NCBI RefSeq assembly: GCF_964204645.1 | Contig: NC_134032.1 | Span: 12,140,275-12,204,274, forward strand | Source: Tubulanus polymorphus | Taxonomy: Eukaryota > Animalia > Nemertea | DNA: 64,000 bases | Reading direction: 5' to 3' | In this document: positions 13,563 to 27,507 of the stretch, piece by piece | How positions within the stretch are numbered: position 1 is the first letter of the stretch | Layout of the letters: the number at the start of each line of letters is the position of its first letter | Position numbers and translations under genes: made by a program | Notes under the pieces: model-generated | Databases searched by the model: none | What the model saw: only the letters and a program-made list of their open reading frames with translations | Told to the model about the DNA's origin: nothing

Positions 13563-15589
13563 AGAGAATCATCAGTAAAACAACTCGATTGACCAGTGAT
13601 GAATTTCATTCATGCGGTAAGTATTATACCCGCAGATATAACTAAGCTTTTATAGATGTTTTCAAAAACTAGACGCGCTTGAAGCGGTCATCATCAAAAT
13701 GCGGTAAGTAACAACCGAAAACAATGTCGGTCGTTTTTATCGGGCGGCCGGCATGAACGTGGCCTTGATCTCTTACGATCGATGAACATTTGATCTTGAA
13801 TGAACTGGGTTCATCCATGGTTCATCTAATGGCAGGCAACACTACAAATGCCATGGTCCCGTCGTGAGGTTAAATGAATAATCCAATATGGTTAGTCTTG
13901 GTAATCTATGATATCCAAACGACGTAAAGCAAGAACAAACTAACAAACAAACCATCTATCAGACATTCGACATCTTTATCGAATAACTTTCAAAAATATT
14001 TGTCAAAAATATTCAATTTCCCGTGTGGTTAGACGGTCGTACGTTGTAACCGTGGCTATTCGATGCATTGAATACATATCAGTCGTGACCGAGTAAAATT
14101 GGCAATTGCCTCCACCATTTTCCACATCTAAATCTGAATTCTTAGCCTGCAGAAAAATCTAAATTCTTTCTAAGCGTATTTTTTGACGCCTTATAAAACG
14201 TAACCATTATGAAACCTAAACAATGATAACCATTCAGCGTCATTTTACAAACGACAACCGTAAATCGATGTGCAAAACGTCACAGGTTTATGTGTACACA
14301 TACAAGCTATTTGGCAAAATATTATTGATAAAGATGTAGGATGGCTTCCTGTGATTATATAATGACCTCTATTTGAACGTCGAAATGTTATATCGCATTG
14401 AATATCATGAGAAGACATTGTAATAGTAAAGGATGTATGATTATATCAGGAGCGGCAGGGATAAATAGAAATGATAAGTAAATCGGATTATTCGGTTAAA
14501 TGGCGGATGTATACACGATTTGGAAGTCTGATATAAAAGTCAGACCCTAACATGGGGATGCCGGTGGAATGACGAAGCTATCTACGATCTGAGTTGGGCC
14601 GGCGTGAATTTCATCGGCGGCTACAAGCGCTCTATATAAAAACGTGTAAAATAATTTCAATATTCAAATGTTTTAGAAAATATGTTCGATATTAGACGTA
14701 TGCAGAGACGTTTCATGAGATTAGCAATTTATAATAGTATAGCTGTCATATACGGCTCCGCGTCCACTGATGGCATGTGTATAAGGTGACAATTAAATTC
14801 AATACTTTATTGATCCTTATTACATTGAAATTCTGGGATAAAATTCAAAAAATCAATACATTTACAAATTTTAAAATAAGAAAATACAAGACACACGGGT
14901 AATTCATACAGAATAACATGAATAAGTTATTTAAATGACAATGTCTACTTCAACCCAGACTCAAGTCTAGGATATCAAGTGACAGCCAGACCGGGCCCCA
15001 GGACCGGGCTGGCTGGCTACACGATATGCTCAGTATGCTCGATATGCTAAGTCATGATGAAGCAGACATCAGAAGAGCTCTTTCTTCAACCATGGAGGCA
15101 ATGAAGTTGCAGACCAGCTTAGAGGCAAAAGTGAATCGAAGTCACAAGTAGACAATTTTTTTTAAAATTAGACCAGTCGAAGACTGTACCATCTACCCAA
15201 TCGCCAAATCTCATAATTCCCGAAATTTCTTAAAACTTCGATTTCAAATTTACAATTCCACATTAGCTTATACCAGAAATTCTACATTTTTTCGCAGGCG
15301 TCAAATAATTTATCAAAGTTAATTTTCTTGTTTTAGATTGGAAACAGAGTACAATACATGTAGTTATCAACATTGTCGACTATTTGTTTATCTACATTAA
15401 GCATCCCGCGAACAAAACAAATCAATAAGAGTACAACTGTTACCCGAGAATATTGAAAGATGAAAGTAAGACTATTATCCCCTTCCAAGGATCCAATATA
15501 GAAAGAGTTCTCTTGCCACAGATGGAATCATCTATTGCCACAATAGGATGGCCTGCAGCACGGCGCACGTGGGTCTTCATTTCCTCCGT

Positions 15590-15957
15590 TACAACGATAA
15601 CTGATATCCTACTGCACACTAGCGCCACCTGGTAGATCCCCAGATGCCACGAGTGGAATCCTCTATTGTCGCAGTAGTTGATATCCTTCTGCTCACTAGC
15701 ACACCTGGCGGATCCTCACTTCCCATAAACGGAATCCTCTATTGCTGAGTAGTTGATATCCTACTGCAGACTAGCGCACCTGGTGGATCCTCACTTGTCA
15801 CAAGTGGAGTCCTCTATTGTCGCAGTAGTTGATGTCCTACTGCTCACTATCACACCTGGCGGATCCTCACTTGCCATAAATTGAATCCTCTATTGCTACA
15901 GTAGTTGATGTCCTACTGCTCACTAGCACACCTGGTGGATCACTCACTTGCCACAAG
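15590..15957. repeat. Minisatellite, ~59-bp unit, about 6 copies
   Basis: gatatcctactgctcactagcacacctggcggatcctcacttgcca...ggaatcctctattg repeated. Confidence 0.85.
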
Positions 15958-16357
15958 TTATAATTTATACTGATTGTCGAACGCCCTCTCATCACAATTA
16001 TAATGAGAGAGCAGCGAGTAGACCTATAATCAGTTCACTCCCCTCACGGTTCTAATTGCCGAGACCGTAGGGTTTTCTTTTGTTATTATATATTGACGAA
16101 ATGGTTTGCGAGCTACTTTTGAGTACTTCCGTATTGAAATAAGAAATCTAATTGTTTTAATGACGATCCAATTAAGCTGGTTAATGATGTTCTTGACACG
16201 ATAAATCATTAACACCAGTAGCACCGGCCTGGCTTATGAACCGCCAGTTTTGTAGAGTTGGAATTAGTGTTCGGAATAACTGCATAACAGCTCCGTATAG
16301 ATTAGTCAAGTTGTTGTGGCACCCGTCCGGAAAGTTTGGTCGTTTTTGGTGAAAAAT

Positions 16358-18413
16358 ATGAGGCGGTTATCTTCGACGGTAATTTTGATTTGCGCGTTTT
16401 ATTTTCACTGGTTGGTTTATTTCGCCTTGGCGTTGCGTGCGACAAGGGCTTTTCGAAATGGAGCATCGCTTAGTGTCAAATTGACAGGTGAGGATTGTTG
16501 TTATGAACTGTGGCCCGTTTCACAAAAAAATGGCTATTACCGGTAGTTTTATAGGTTCTGATATATAAACATAAAACTGTTGGTGAAAGATTATAATGAA
16601 ACGTTAAGTCGTTCCACGAAATGGAGTCCTGGATTCTGTAAGTCGAATTTGAAGAGCCCTAATCGAAGCTATTACAAATCCATTTATATGGCGTGCTTAC
16701 TCTGTACAACTAGGCCAGGGTCTTATAAATTTTAAGAATTTCCAATCCGCTGTATGGGCCTACTTTGGTTTACACCTTGTTACACAAGATGTTTTAGGGG
16801 GATTCAAACGTGACAGCTCACAATCGTCGGGTAGGATCATATATAGAATTTAAAAAATTGATGTTAAGCCCGCCGCACATAACGCGGCAAAACGTTTGTT
16901 TCTCCAAAACAGAAAACACGTTTTTCACAAAACGTTTCTAGTAAAAGCTTGTGCGTACAATCAGAGTTGTCAACCCTGCTATTACCATTAAGTTGAACGA
17001 TTCAATTCCGTGAAAAAAAGTCGGAATTAGATTGGTACCGGTCGTAATGATTATAGAATTCGATAAACATGGATTTTTTATTTATTCTTGTGATTTTCCA
17101 ATCGGCGAAAATGAAAAGAAAAGAATTATGTCCCCGGAAGCTTGCGTACATCAGGGAACTACACGTGACAGCTCATTTCTTCCGATGAATCGTTAAACGA
17201 TTTGATGACATTGAAGGGGCTTAGGGGGTAGGGATAGAGCAGCAATCTTCGCGACGGTCTGTAATATCTTTCTGAAATGATACAGTTCGGAGTGTCAGTG
17301 TTTATCACGGTGATCATTCGTTCCCACGGGGAAACATGTAACAAGGCGTCCAAGGTCAACAGACGATTCGATTCCGTCATAGGGGTAAAATGGGGCAGTA
17401 ATCTTCTGGACGATGTGTAATGTATATTTGAACAGGTTGGAATGTCAGTGTTTATTACGGTAATTACTCGCTCCCAGATGACGACGCTCTCAGTTCAGCG
17501 AGCTGCCCAGATGGTACGGTGATGGTTAACTGCAGGTGCTCGAACAGGTGCGATGGCGCCAGGTTCACTTCGACGTGTACCGTCTATAACGTGGGGACCA
17601 ATCCACCGGGAATGACTCAAGTACGTCACTCTTCATACTTATCCGAAACACCGCCTTCACATCGATTTTTCGAGGGAGTTCAAAGTCTGGCTACAGTTTG
17701 ACGATCTTACGGGTAGTCTTGCTTAGCTGTGTATGGACTGAAATATTCAACCTTGGCGCGATCCTGCCTCCGGGTCGATTGTAACGATTGTTAGCATTTC
17801 TATTTTCATTTCGTTTAGGCAATTGTTGAATGCGTACGGAAAAGTCCGGAGCGAGACTTTGTAACAGAGGAGGCCACAGGAGTTCCAGTGAAATACGACT
17901 ATCTGAGAGACCCAAAAGTCCGGTGTCAAGCTGGATGGACTGTAGTCTCCTGTACACTATTTTCTCCGTAAGTGCCAAGACAACTCAGTTCCATTTCAAG
18001 TACAAAAACACTTGGAGTTAAAAACACCCAAAAAAATGAACTAATTTGAGTCTTCGGTCATATATAACTCGGAACAATGACATGGGCTCAATAAGTAAAC
18101 CTGATGTTATCCACTTGCGCTTGACGGCCATTATGACACGATATGACGTCACTTGCACGTGAATAAATGCGAACTAATCAAGAATGTGTGGCTTTATCCA
18201 GATTAAAAAGAAGCTTAATTTCTATATATTTGTCGAACTATTCAAGCTTTACACATTAGATATATTTCCGGGTGAATTATCATCAATGATCACGTATTTC
18301 TAGATGGAGTAATTCTTACTCAAGTGCATCTCTAGAACTGCATCAGAAAACTCAACGCTGCAACTCCTATTGTGGAAGATGCAAACTGCAAGTTCGGTGC
18401 ACAAAACTATCAA
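16358..18413 (+). CDS. Cys-rich secreted protein, array copy E
   Basis: Exons 16358-16487, 17436-17620, 17819-17967, 18304-18413 (donor A|GTAGGT; read-through would continue to a stop near 18508). Confidence 0.85.
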
Positions 18414-20452
18414 GTAGGTTTAAAGTAGGTTCCGTTTTCTTTAGGAGAATCAGTAAGAGAATTTCTAAATTCTATAAAATTTCTATCATTATACATTTGT
18501 ATATCTAGCTTTATTTCAAGGAAAATTTTACGATAAGTTGTTTTGCCATGAAAGGTCGGCATTGATATAAAAAAGCGAAGTTGATTATTACGGTAAGTCT
18601 ACCCTGCAGATCTAGCAGAGAGCTTTTATTGATGCTTCAAAACAAGACGCGCTTCAACTGCGGTAAGTAACGCCCGAAATCAATGTCGGTCATTTATATC
18701 GGCCTGCATGTACGTGACCTTGATCTCTCACACTCGACGGACATTTTCATCGAAAATGAAGTAACTTTATCGGACTCGAAACATCAGGCATATCAGATGT
18801 TATTATCGACTGAAAAATGATCGTTCGGACTACTGAGCAACGATTTCAAAGCTACATACAGAATGTCCGAGAATATCTGCAGGTCCAGGCCACAAAGCAG
18901 AAAGGACACAACTCGCCATTAACATTTTCATTTCATGCAAAATAAGAATATTAGTTGTTATTTCTATTATATGTATCGGGTGGTGACCCGGGCGTTCTTT
19001 GTAACTGTGGCAACGACGTATCAAATACGTACATATCATAGCAGACAGCTAATGAGAGAACTGCCGATTCGACGCCCCTCAGTTCTAAGACATTCTTTTG
19101 TTAATGAGTATTCACGAAATGTTTTGTGGGTTACTCGGGTGTATTTTCGTTTTCAAACAAGAAATTTAAGAGTTTTTATGACTGATACAAGGTCAGACGT
19201 TAGATTATTAATACCAGTAGCGATGGTGTGACGCAACCAGTTCCTCGAACTGTCGGTTGGAATAAGAGTGGTTGGAATCACTAAATGACAACGTCTGTTT
19301 TAAGCTGTCGTTGTTTGGTCGACAGTTCTGTCAAGTTGGGATATTGCAAAAACCTTTAAAAACCGAAATTGTTATCAACGAATTTTCAAAGAAATGATTC
19401 TCCGGGCTTAGCGCAACGATGAGCTGCATGACTGAGGGTGCAAATCCAGACTGCAGAATGCCTGCCGGGTGTGGGTCCACGCTACAGAAAGAATGCATCT
19501 AAAACTAGACAGAACTTCAACACTTGCCAATAATATCATGGCAGTTGGGAAAGAGAATGAGGATCGCGCGGACAGAATACATGAGTTGCCAATATCTATT
19601 ATTATGTTTTTTCGACAGCAAATGGGCAGATGTTATAAATTATCAATATCAGTTATAGCGCTGTTTAAGTATTGGATGTCCAAGTATGTAAAATTGGGAT
19701 CAAGTGAATTGAGCCACAACACAAAAACCCCTTCTGTTTTTAGTTGTTTTTGCACCAGTTCATGAAGTTTGGTTTTTCTGCTGGTCAGGCCTCTGGGTTT
19801 GCTTGTCAGGCAAACTCTGACGATACCCAGAACGTCGGGCTCAACCCAGAAACTTGCCACAACAATGCACACGCGGACACTCGGCCAACGTAAAAAGAAA
19901 CACGTCCTTCGGCTTAGAAAAACCAGGGAAGTGTCATCACACTTCCCTGGAAAAACCAAAGCGTCACTGAATAACTGCCGCATACTCGCCGCATAGCGAG
20001 AATAGTTGAATAAGTTAGAAGAGAGTGAGGGCATGGCTTAAGAATGTGAGGAATGTTCAAAATTAGTATATAAGTCGAAGGTTTTTGGCTCGAAGAGGAG
20101 AATGATATTTTGGCGACACATTGCCTATATCTGTTTGGTATCGGGCTGTTGTCGGACTCTTTTACCGTAACCATGGTTGCAATATTGGCCCTGAAACATG
20201 AAAACCTGTAATTGTTATTGGTTCCATTTTTCAGATACGAGTAAATGAATATTTCAATATCTGTCACTCGAAATTTGTCGTAAATGGATAAACTTTGTCG
20301 ACTATAAGTTTAGAGTGCTCGCGTTGTATATTACGATACACGTTCGTAGAATAGGAATAAATGCACGGAATCGCTACATAACAACTCCGCATGAATTTGT
20401 GTTTCAAGTTTTCGTTGCTACAGTCCTGAAACTTTGGTCGTTTTGTGAAAAT

Positions 20453-22334
20453 ATGAGACGGTTATCTTCGCCGGTATTCATTTTTTGCGTGTTTTATTTT
20501 CGTTGGTTGGTTTATTTCGCAGCGGCGTCGCGTGTGACGAGAGTTTTTCGAAATGGAGCATCGCTTAGTGCCAATTTGACAGGTGAGGATATTCTTATCA
20601 AGAACTGTAAAGATTCATGAGTCCAGATCTATAAAGTATGGTGGCTGATAAGGGCCATCACGTAAAATTCCTGGTATGCAATGAAGACGCCAGAACGTCA
20701 AAACGAAACAAAAACGTCGAACTTCCTTTAAAAAGTCATTCTTGGTCCGCCAAAACAAAGAATGTCCATTTAGGCACCCCTGCCAAAACAAACTTAGTAA
20801 TTTTTTAGAGAAAATTCGACGTTTCGAAATTTTTCGTGGTTTTTGCGGGGTCACCAAAATATCATTCTCCTCCCCGAGCCAAAACCTTAGACTTATATAC
20901 TAATTTTGTACATTCCTCACATTCTTAAGCCATGCCCTCACTCTCTTCTAACCTATACAACTATTCTCACGATGTTTTGGTTGTGGCGCCAAGATGAAAG
21001 TTTTTTGCTATCGGACTTTTTAGAGGAAATTCAGCATTTTTTTCGTTTTGGCGTTCTGGCTTGAATCAGCCACTTCCATGAATGCAATACCGCTGTTGGA
21101 ACGTGAATGAATTGTTAAGTCGTTTAATAAAACCTTAGAGTGATTATCTCGACAAGATGATAACACAAAGGAGAAACGGGAAAATGGATCCTGTGAGTTT
21201 TATTCAACCAGTTCCAGTGTTGTCAACTTGACTATCGCGTGAAGAACCCTGTGTAAATTAGGTATTTCAAATCCACATTCTTACATTCTAACTCTGGATG
21301 ACCGAAATTGACCGGTGATTTTTTGAAGATCACTTTCCCCCTGTAGGCCGAGCATGCATGATGAAAAGAATAATTAAAGGGGGCTTTAAATGTAACCGCC
21401 CGATCTTCGGGAAGGGCCAATAGATAAAATGATTATATCGATATCATCGGGAAATCCATATTCTTCTCCGCCAGGTCTAAAGTTCAATTATCTCAGTGAT
21501 CCGATGACGTCAGTAGGAGTAAAATGGAGCAGCAATCTTCGGGACGGTCTGAAATATTTTTCTTGAATGTCTTATTTGAACAGGTTGGAATGTCAGTGTC
21601 TATTATGGTGATCGCTCGCGCCGAGGAGACAGCGAGATCAGTTCTGTAAGTTGCCCGAATGGTACGGCGATGGTTAGCTGCAGGTGCTCGAACTGGTGCG
21701 ACGGCACCAGGTTCGCGGATCGTTTACAAAAATGTACCGCCAGTAATTATCGGTCGGGAACTAATCAGGTACGAAATGTGACACTAGACTTTCACATCTA
21801 GGAGCTATTCAGTGGTTTCTAATAAGTCTGAATTTAGCTTGACGATCTCGTACGTAAATATAGTCTTAGGATTAACTGTATTCGTATAGTCTGATATTCA
21901 AACTTAGATCATCCAAGATGGATCGCATCGCGTGTAACGAACCTTATCACGCCGTGTTTTATTTTATCCAGGCAATTATTCGATGTATACCGACAAGACC
22001 GGAGCGAGACTTTATAACAGGAGTTCCAGAAGGAAGCGGTTTTCTGAAAAACCCAAAAGTCTGGTGTCAAACTGGATGGACCTTGGTTTCGTGTACACTA
22101 TTTTCCCCGTAAGTGCCAGGGTACAGTTTCACTAGAAGTACTAACTCGATTAAAGATAAACTAAATTGATATTGAGCATTGAAATATAATTGATGATTAC
22201 ATATTTCTAGGTGGAGTCATGAGTACCCGCGTGCATCGCTCGAACTTCAGCCGCAAACTCAAGGCTGTCAGACCTACAATTGCTGGCGATGCAAACTGCA
22301 GGCTCGGTGCACAAAGCTATCGGGTAGGTTGTAG
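20453..22334 (+). CDS. Cys-rich secreted protein, array copy F (closest to copy C)
   Basis: Exons 20453-20582, 21584-21768, 21972-22108, 22211-22323 (read-through stop 22332-22334). Confidence 0.85.
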
Positions 22335-23332
22335 GTGAATTTTGCGGAGTAATATCGGCGAAATCAAGTAGTGAATTTCTGTGCCTTGTTCATGCTGTAA
22401 GTATACCTCAACATCTAACAAAGCTTTTATTGATGTTTCTAAAACTAAACCCCATAAGTGGTCATCATCAAATTGCGGTAAGAAACACCCGGAAGGTGGG
22501 AGTTTGTGGGGAAGAGCTGTTAGTATCGATATGCGGGGTAACTATTGTGGTAAATGGGGTTACAATTGTTGTAAACGGGAATGGACTATTGTAAAGGTTA
22601 GAGGACGAGGTAGCGTAAGTGTAGGAGATATCGGACAAGGCCCGCGCCAGATTTTAGGCACTGATCAAATAACTGTGTGAATGCTGACTTACTGCATGTG
22701 ACTCACTTCACTTTGTTTAAGCATTGTTTAGTATCGAGTGAGTGGTTTACGTGTGAACGCGCTCTCTAATTAGAAACGGGCCAAATCTAACTTTTGTCTG
22801 AACCTGACCAGTTAGATCCGGCCCAAGTCTCGGTGTGATCGCGGCTATTTAATCTGGAATGAAGAAACAAATAGACTACAAATACCTGACATTAGATTTT
22901 ATATCAGTACATAAGGGATAATCCACACGATACATGATATATTTATAATCTAAAACGAAGTACTTACATTGGAAATCGTCCAGACTTCTCGAAACGAGGA
23001 AAGGGCCTGCGACAGGTTTGATACATATTAAGAGAGTCACAAAACATTTGAGACTGCGTTGAAAACAAAAAAGAAAAATAACTTCGTTCTTCGTTCTTCC
23101 TCACCTCATGGTGACCATCGATGATGAAATCTCAGAAAATGTTGGCATTGATTTCTTTGCGAGTCAACCCTGATACAATTATGACTTTTAGCAATTCTTC
23201 GATTCATTAACTGTAATACGGCTTTGAAGTCGATGTTATCTGATCGTTCTAAAAGGGTATATATTCCCAAACCTAACTGAACAATGTCTAAAAACGCCCA
23301 GCATTCTTCGAAAAACCGACTCCAGTGAAAGT

Positions 23333-25682
23333 ATGAGGCACTTATATTCGCTGGTGTTTTTTATTGGTGCTTTTTATCTTTTAGACCGGTTGAATGATAT
23401 CACCGCGCCATTGAGTTTGGAGCGAGTATTTGAGAACGGAGCATCGGTAACTACTAATTTAACGGGTAAGTTTTGAAGCATATTTGAATAGTTAGATCAC
23501 GCATTCTGTTAAACGTTCAGATCGGGTCGAACTCGCAACTGCGACTCGGCCCAGGTTTCATATGCGCTAAACCACGAGTCAAAAATTAATCTACACAATT
23601 CGCAACCGCTTTCACAGGTGTGGGTTAAAACTGACTCAAAAATTTAACAGGATTTAATTGAATCCTAATGTAACTACGAGCTGATTCATACTGAGAACTG
23701 GGGAAATTGAGCGAATACTAATGGGTTTTGTACCTCGCTATTTATAGCGATACAAAATCACTATGTCGCCCTTCTAGCACCTTCTTCACACAGGGAAATT
23801 CAAAATTTTCATATTTACCGGCATTCATTTACCGTGTGTATAAAAAGGTTGTAACTACGCCACAAGACGATACACTAATATCTATGAAAAAAAACTGGAT
23901 TTATAAGATACCCAAGGGTTCAAACGAACTAACGCCGGACCTGATTTCGCCCAGTCCTGAAGTGTGGCTGTCTCCACAGAGATTTACGTAGCTCTACGAT
24001 CCTTGTGTAACCGATCTGTGGTAACATCAGCCACTAAGGTTCTTGGTGAAGACCTGGTGCGATTATACCCTTTTCTACCAATCTACTAAGTATGAATTTT
24101 ATATTTTACCCCGCTCAAGAATTAATTATGAAGCCAGATAGGCATATTCCCTATTTCTAAAGGGTGGAGTGGCAGAAGTTGAATACGAACTAGTGTCCAG
24201 GCCAAGTACCCCTTATTGAGGAGACGATGTGTCTTTGTCCGTACATTATTTGAGGCTTGAACCTATAAACCCCCTGAACCTCATTGTTATGATATGTCTT
24301 TAAAACAGGCTGGAACATCACTGCATATCAAAGTGAAAACTCAACAAGGACGGGTGCATCTAGCAGTTTTGTGAGCTGCCCGAATGATACGGTGATGGTA
24401 AGCTGCAGGTGCTCGAACAGGTGCAACGGTGTCAGATTCTGGAGCTCCAATATCTCGGCATGCGTGACCCCTTACGCCTGGATGTCACCGCGAACTTTTC
24501 GGGTACGTCATGTGACGCTAGCAGACGATCGGGCTTAACAACGGTTATGCCACCAGATGGCGTGACTAACTGTAGGTTTTCAATTTCAATGAACCGTGAC
24601 TCCTGGATCGACACCTCCAAGAACATTGGAAAACACGGAAACTGGAGAAAGAAACATGTTTTCGAGTGTTTCCCTGTGTCGTGTGCCTTCATGAGAAACG
24701 AGAAACGTGGTTTCGGGAAACAATGTTTCCAAGATCAAGCATGTTTGATTCCGTGTTTCCGTGTTTCCCTGTGTCACGCACACGGCACATTGAAACGGAT
24801 GGACATTTTCGTTTAACTATCGTTTCCGTGATGCCAAACGCGATGCGTCTGTTCCCGCGTGTGATCTGGGAAATGTTGTCGCTTCTATTAAACGTACGTG
24901 ATTTCCAGTGTCACGTGCGTTGAGCTTTTGGCTCTTGTTTCCATCATTAGAATCTAAAATTCAGCTGTAAGCATCTCATTTTGATAATGCCGAGATTACT
25001 TTTTAGATATCTAGTTATAAATACATGTTGTAAATATTCCATTTTTTTACGAAAAATTTCGCTTTTCAAAATGTTTTCAGTATATTTTTCTCTATGTGAC
25101 AGACAATCATCGAGTGTGCACAGATAACGCCGGGGCGAGAATTTTTGACGGTTTCACCAGCCGATTATCAGAGAGACCCATCAGTCCAGTGCCCATCTGA
25201 ATGGACCGTGGTTTCATGTACACTATTCTATTATTCACGGTAAGCCCTTCTGAGCCTCCATTACAATATAAATTCATAATCTATGTTCTGTACACCAGGA
25301 TAAAGTTCCACAATCGTGAGTTAGAGTTAACTCTGAACTCAGGATCCAGTTCCGCAGTTGTGAGTTAAGAGTTTAACTCTTGAGTTGAAAAATCAGTTCA
25401 TTCTCAATGTCAAGAGTCAAATCTAATTCAGAATTGTGGAACTTGATCCAGTCTCGAACCGGACCGAGTTTCACCAACTCTCAGATTTATTCATCGGTTC
25501 AATTTTGTGAAACAGAATGGTTCATAATGTATAAAGAGGTATCTTGAACATCATGAAATATTTTTAGGTTGCACAGTCACTACGGAAATGCTACGTTGAA
25601 TATTTTTACTCGTACCTGTACTTCCTCCAGTTGTGGATGGTGCAAAATACAAGCTCGTTGCGTCAAAATATCAGGTAAGTAA
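23333..25682 (+). CDS. Cys-rich secreted protein, array copy G (divergent G/H subgroup)
   Basis: Exons 23333-23465, 24309-24502, 25103-25239, 25568-25674 (donor G|GTAAGT; read-through gives GK-stop at 25680-25682). All Cys retained. Confidence 0.8.
25300..25452. mobile_element. Dispersed palindromic MITE family (CCAGTTCCACAGT...GAGTTAACTC...GGAACTGG)
   Basis: Related copies at ~25915-26020, 31800-32010, 56400-56510, 58780-58890 and 62865-62950. Confidence 0.6.
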
Positions 25683-27047
25683 CAATATCATATATTTCAC
25701 AGATTCTACCATCTAGACCTGATACTTTCTTGATAGAATAAAAACATACCCCGAAACTAACGAAGCTCGCTTTAGTATCCGTGGGGGGTCGAGGCTGGAA
25801 AAAGTTCAGATTTTCTAGATTTTTCCCTCTAGCCTTGGAAAGATAGATCCCGATCTTTAACTCGAAGCACTCTTCACCGGCAAATAGTAAACCTAATGCT
25901 GGTTGATAACTAGGGGCCAGTTCCACAGTCGTGGGTAAGTGTTAACTCAGAGTTAAAATCAGTTCATTCCCGATGAGTTAACACTGAGTCAAATCTTAAT
26001 TCGCGACTCTGGAACTGGGTCTAGGTGTTTACATTTTGAACCTCGTAATAACGAACCTAGAACAAACCTAGAATTTCGTTCGATTTAGATAATTTCATAA
26101 TTTCATACTGGATATAACGAATTCGGTTATAACGGATATTTTCTGGTCCCCTGAAGTTTGTTGTAGCGAGATTCCGCTGAGGTAAGTTAGAAAATCCCCC
26201 AAGAAGCGAATTGCACTAAACGGGATTCAACGTGGTAAGTCTATTAGCTACTTTAAAAGTTTCGAATTTCTGGCAACATGACGCGACTGGTTGCTAGACC
26301 AATCGAATTTGCGGCCACGGACCTACCGATGGTGAGGATGAATTCGATGTTGGGTTCGAATATTATGTTACTTTTCTTCTTCATTTTTTTCGAAAATTTG
26401 TAAAAACTTTCTTTTTTAAGAGTCGGGGAGGATTGGCGTGACCAGTGAAATATCAAGAAAACAGATTTTTCTGAAAACTCCTGAAGACTTTAAAAGATAA
26501 TAAAATTTGTGTCTACAAAAACGTTTCCGATACATCTAATGATCATTATTACAAGTTAATTTTAGATATTCATTTTTTTCTTTGGATGACAGAGAAACGT
26601 TTACATTTTACGTTTAGATAATCGCGTTGTTTATCTCGATTTTTAAACTGACGTAAACTGAAAGTTTCAATCTGCGGCCTTGACCCTGCATCCCTTACAA
26701 CATTCGTAGAACAACGACGTACTTGATCAGCAATTCAATTTACAAGTCCGTCAACGTAACTATATTCCCAACTATAATGCCGTAACCGAGTTTGACTTTG
26801 CTTGTAGAGAATCCTTTCTCAATACTAGTCAACTTAGTGGATCTCAAACGAATTTATTTCCCTGATTCTTAGAGAAATATCTAAACAGTCCAGATGCTAC
26901 CGAGTTCCTTGATTTTCAGGTCGGTGAAATGTTTACAGCCTTTACTGCAGTCCCAACGCCACAGTGTTTCCTGATTCGCGACGCTACCGAGTGAAGCCGA
27001 GTTTAACTGCATATCGAACAATTCAGAGGAATTTTAGATGAACTTAC

Positions 27048-27268
27048 CCAGCAGCTGAAAGCTTCTTAAAATCTTCAATTTACGACAACTGCAAGACAGA
27101 AAGAATGGCATGAAGACAAATGTATGAGACCAAATGACAGTTACAAAACTTCCTAACACAGGATCTATTTGAACTATTTCAGCTTTTATCGAAGGATTTA
27201 GATTTTCAGTTTTCGGTTGGTCTTGTTTTGTATTGTTCTCGGTGGCTGAATGGACTTCTTTATTATTC
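27048..27268 (-). pseudogene. Duplicated, degenerate NUP42 exons 4-5
   Basis: [29 protein letters not shown] and gaagctttcagctgctgg|gtaagt match NUP42 exons 34849-34941 and 34691-34731. The exon-4 acceptor is lost and the exon-5 copy has an in-frame stop. Confidence 0.8.
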
Positions 27269-27507
27269 ATAGAAATAAAACACTTTTAAAAATTTCCACA
27301 TTCCAATGGTTCATGCGCTGCTAAAACGAGATAGAGTTTGGTCTAAGATATTTGTTCATTATCAATACTTTCTAACTCTTAGTTAAATCCTGTCATCTTC
27401 TTAAGATAGTAACACCAGAGTTGCACAAAACGGTTTTGTGTTTATAAACGGGACTCGAGAAACTTTAACAGTTCTTGATTTAAATTCTCGCCTTTCAAAA
27501 TCCCCAC

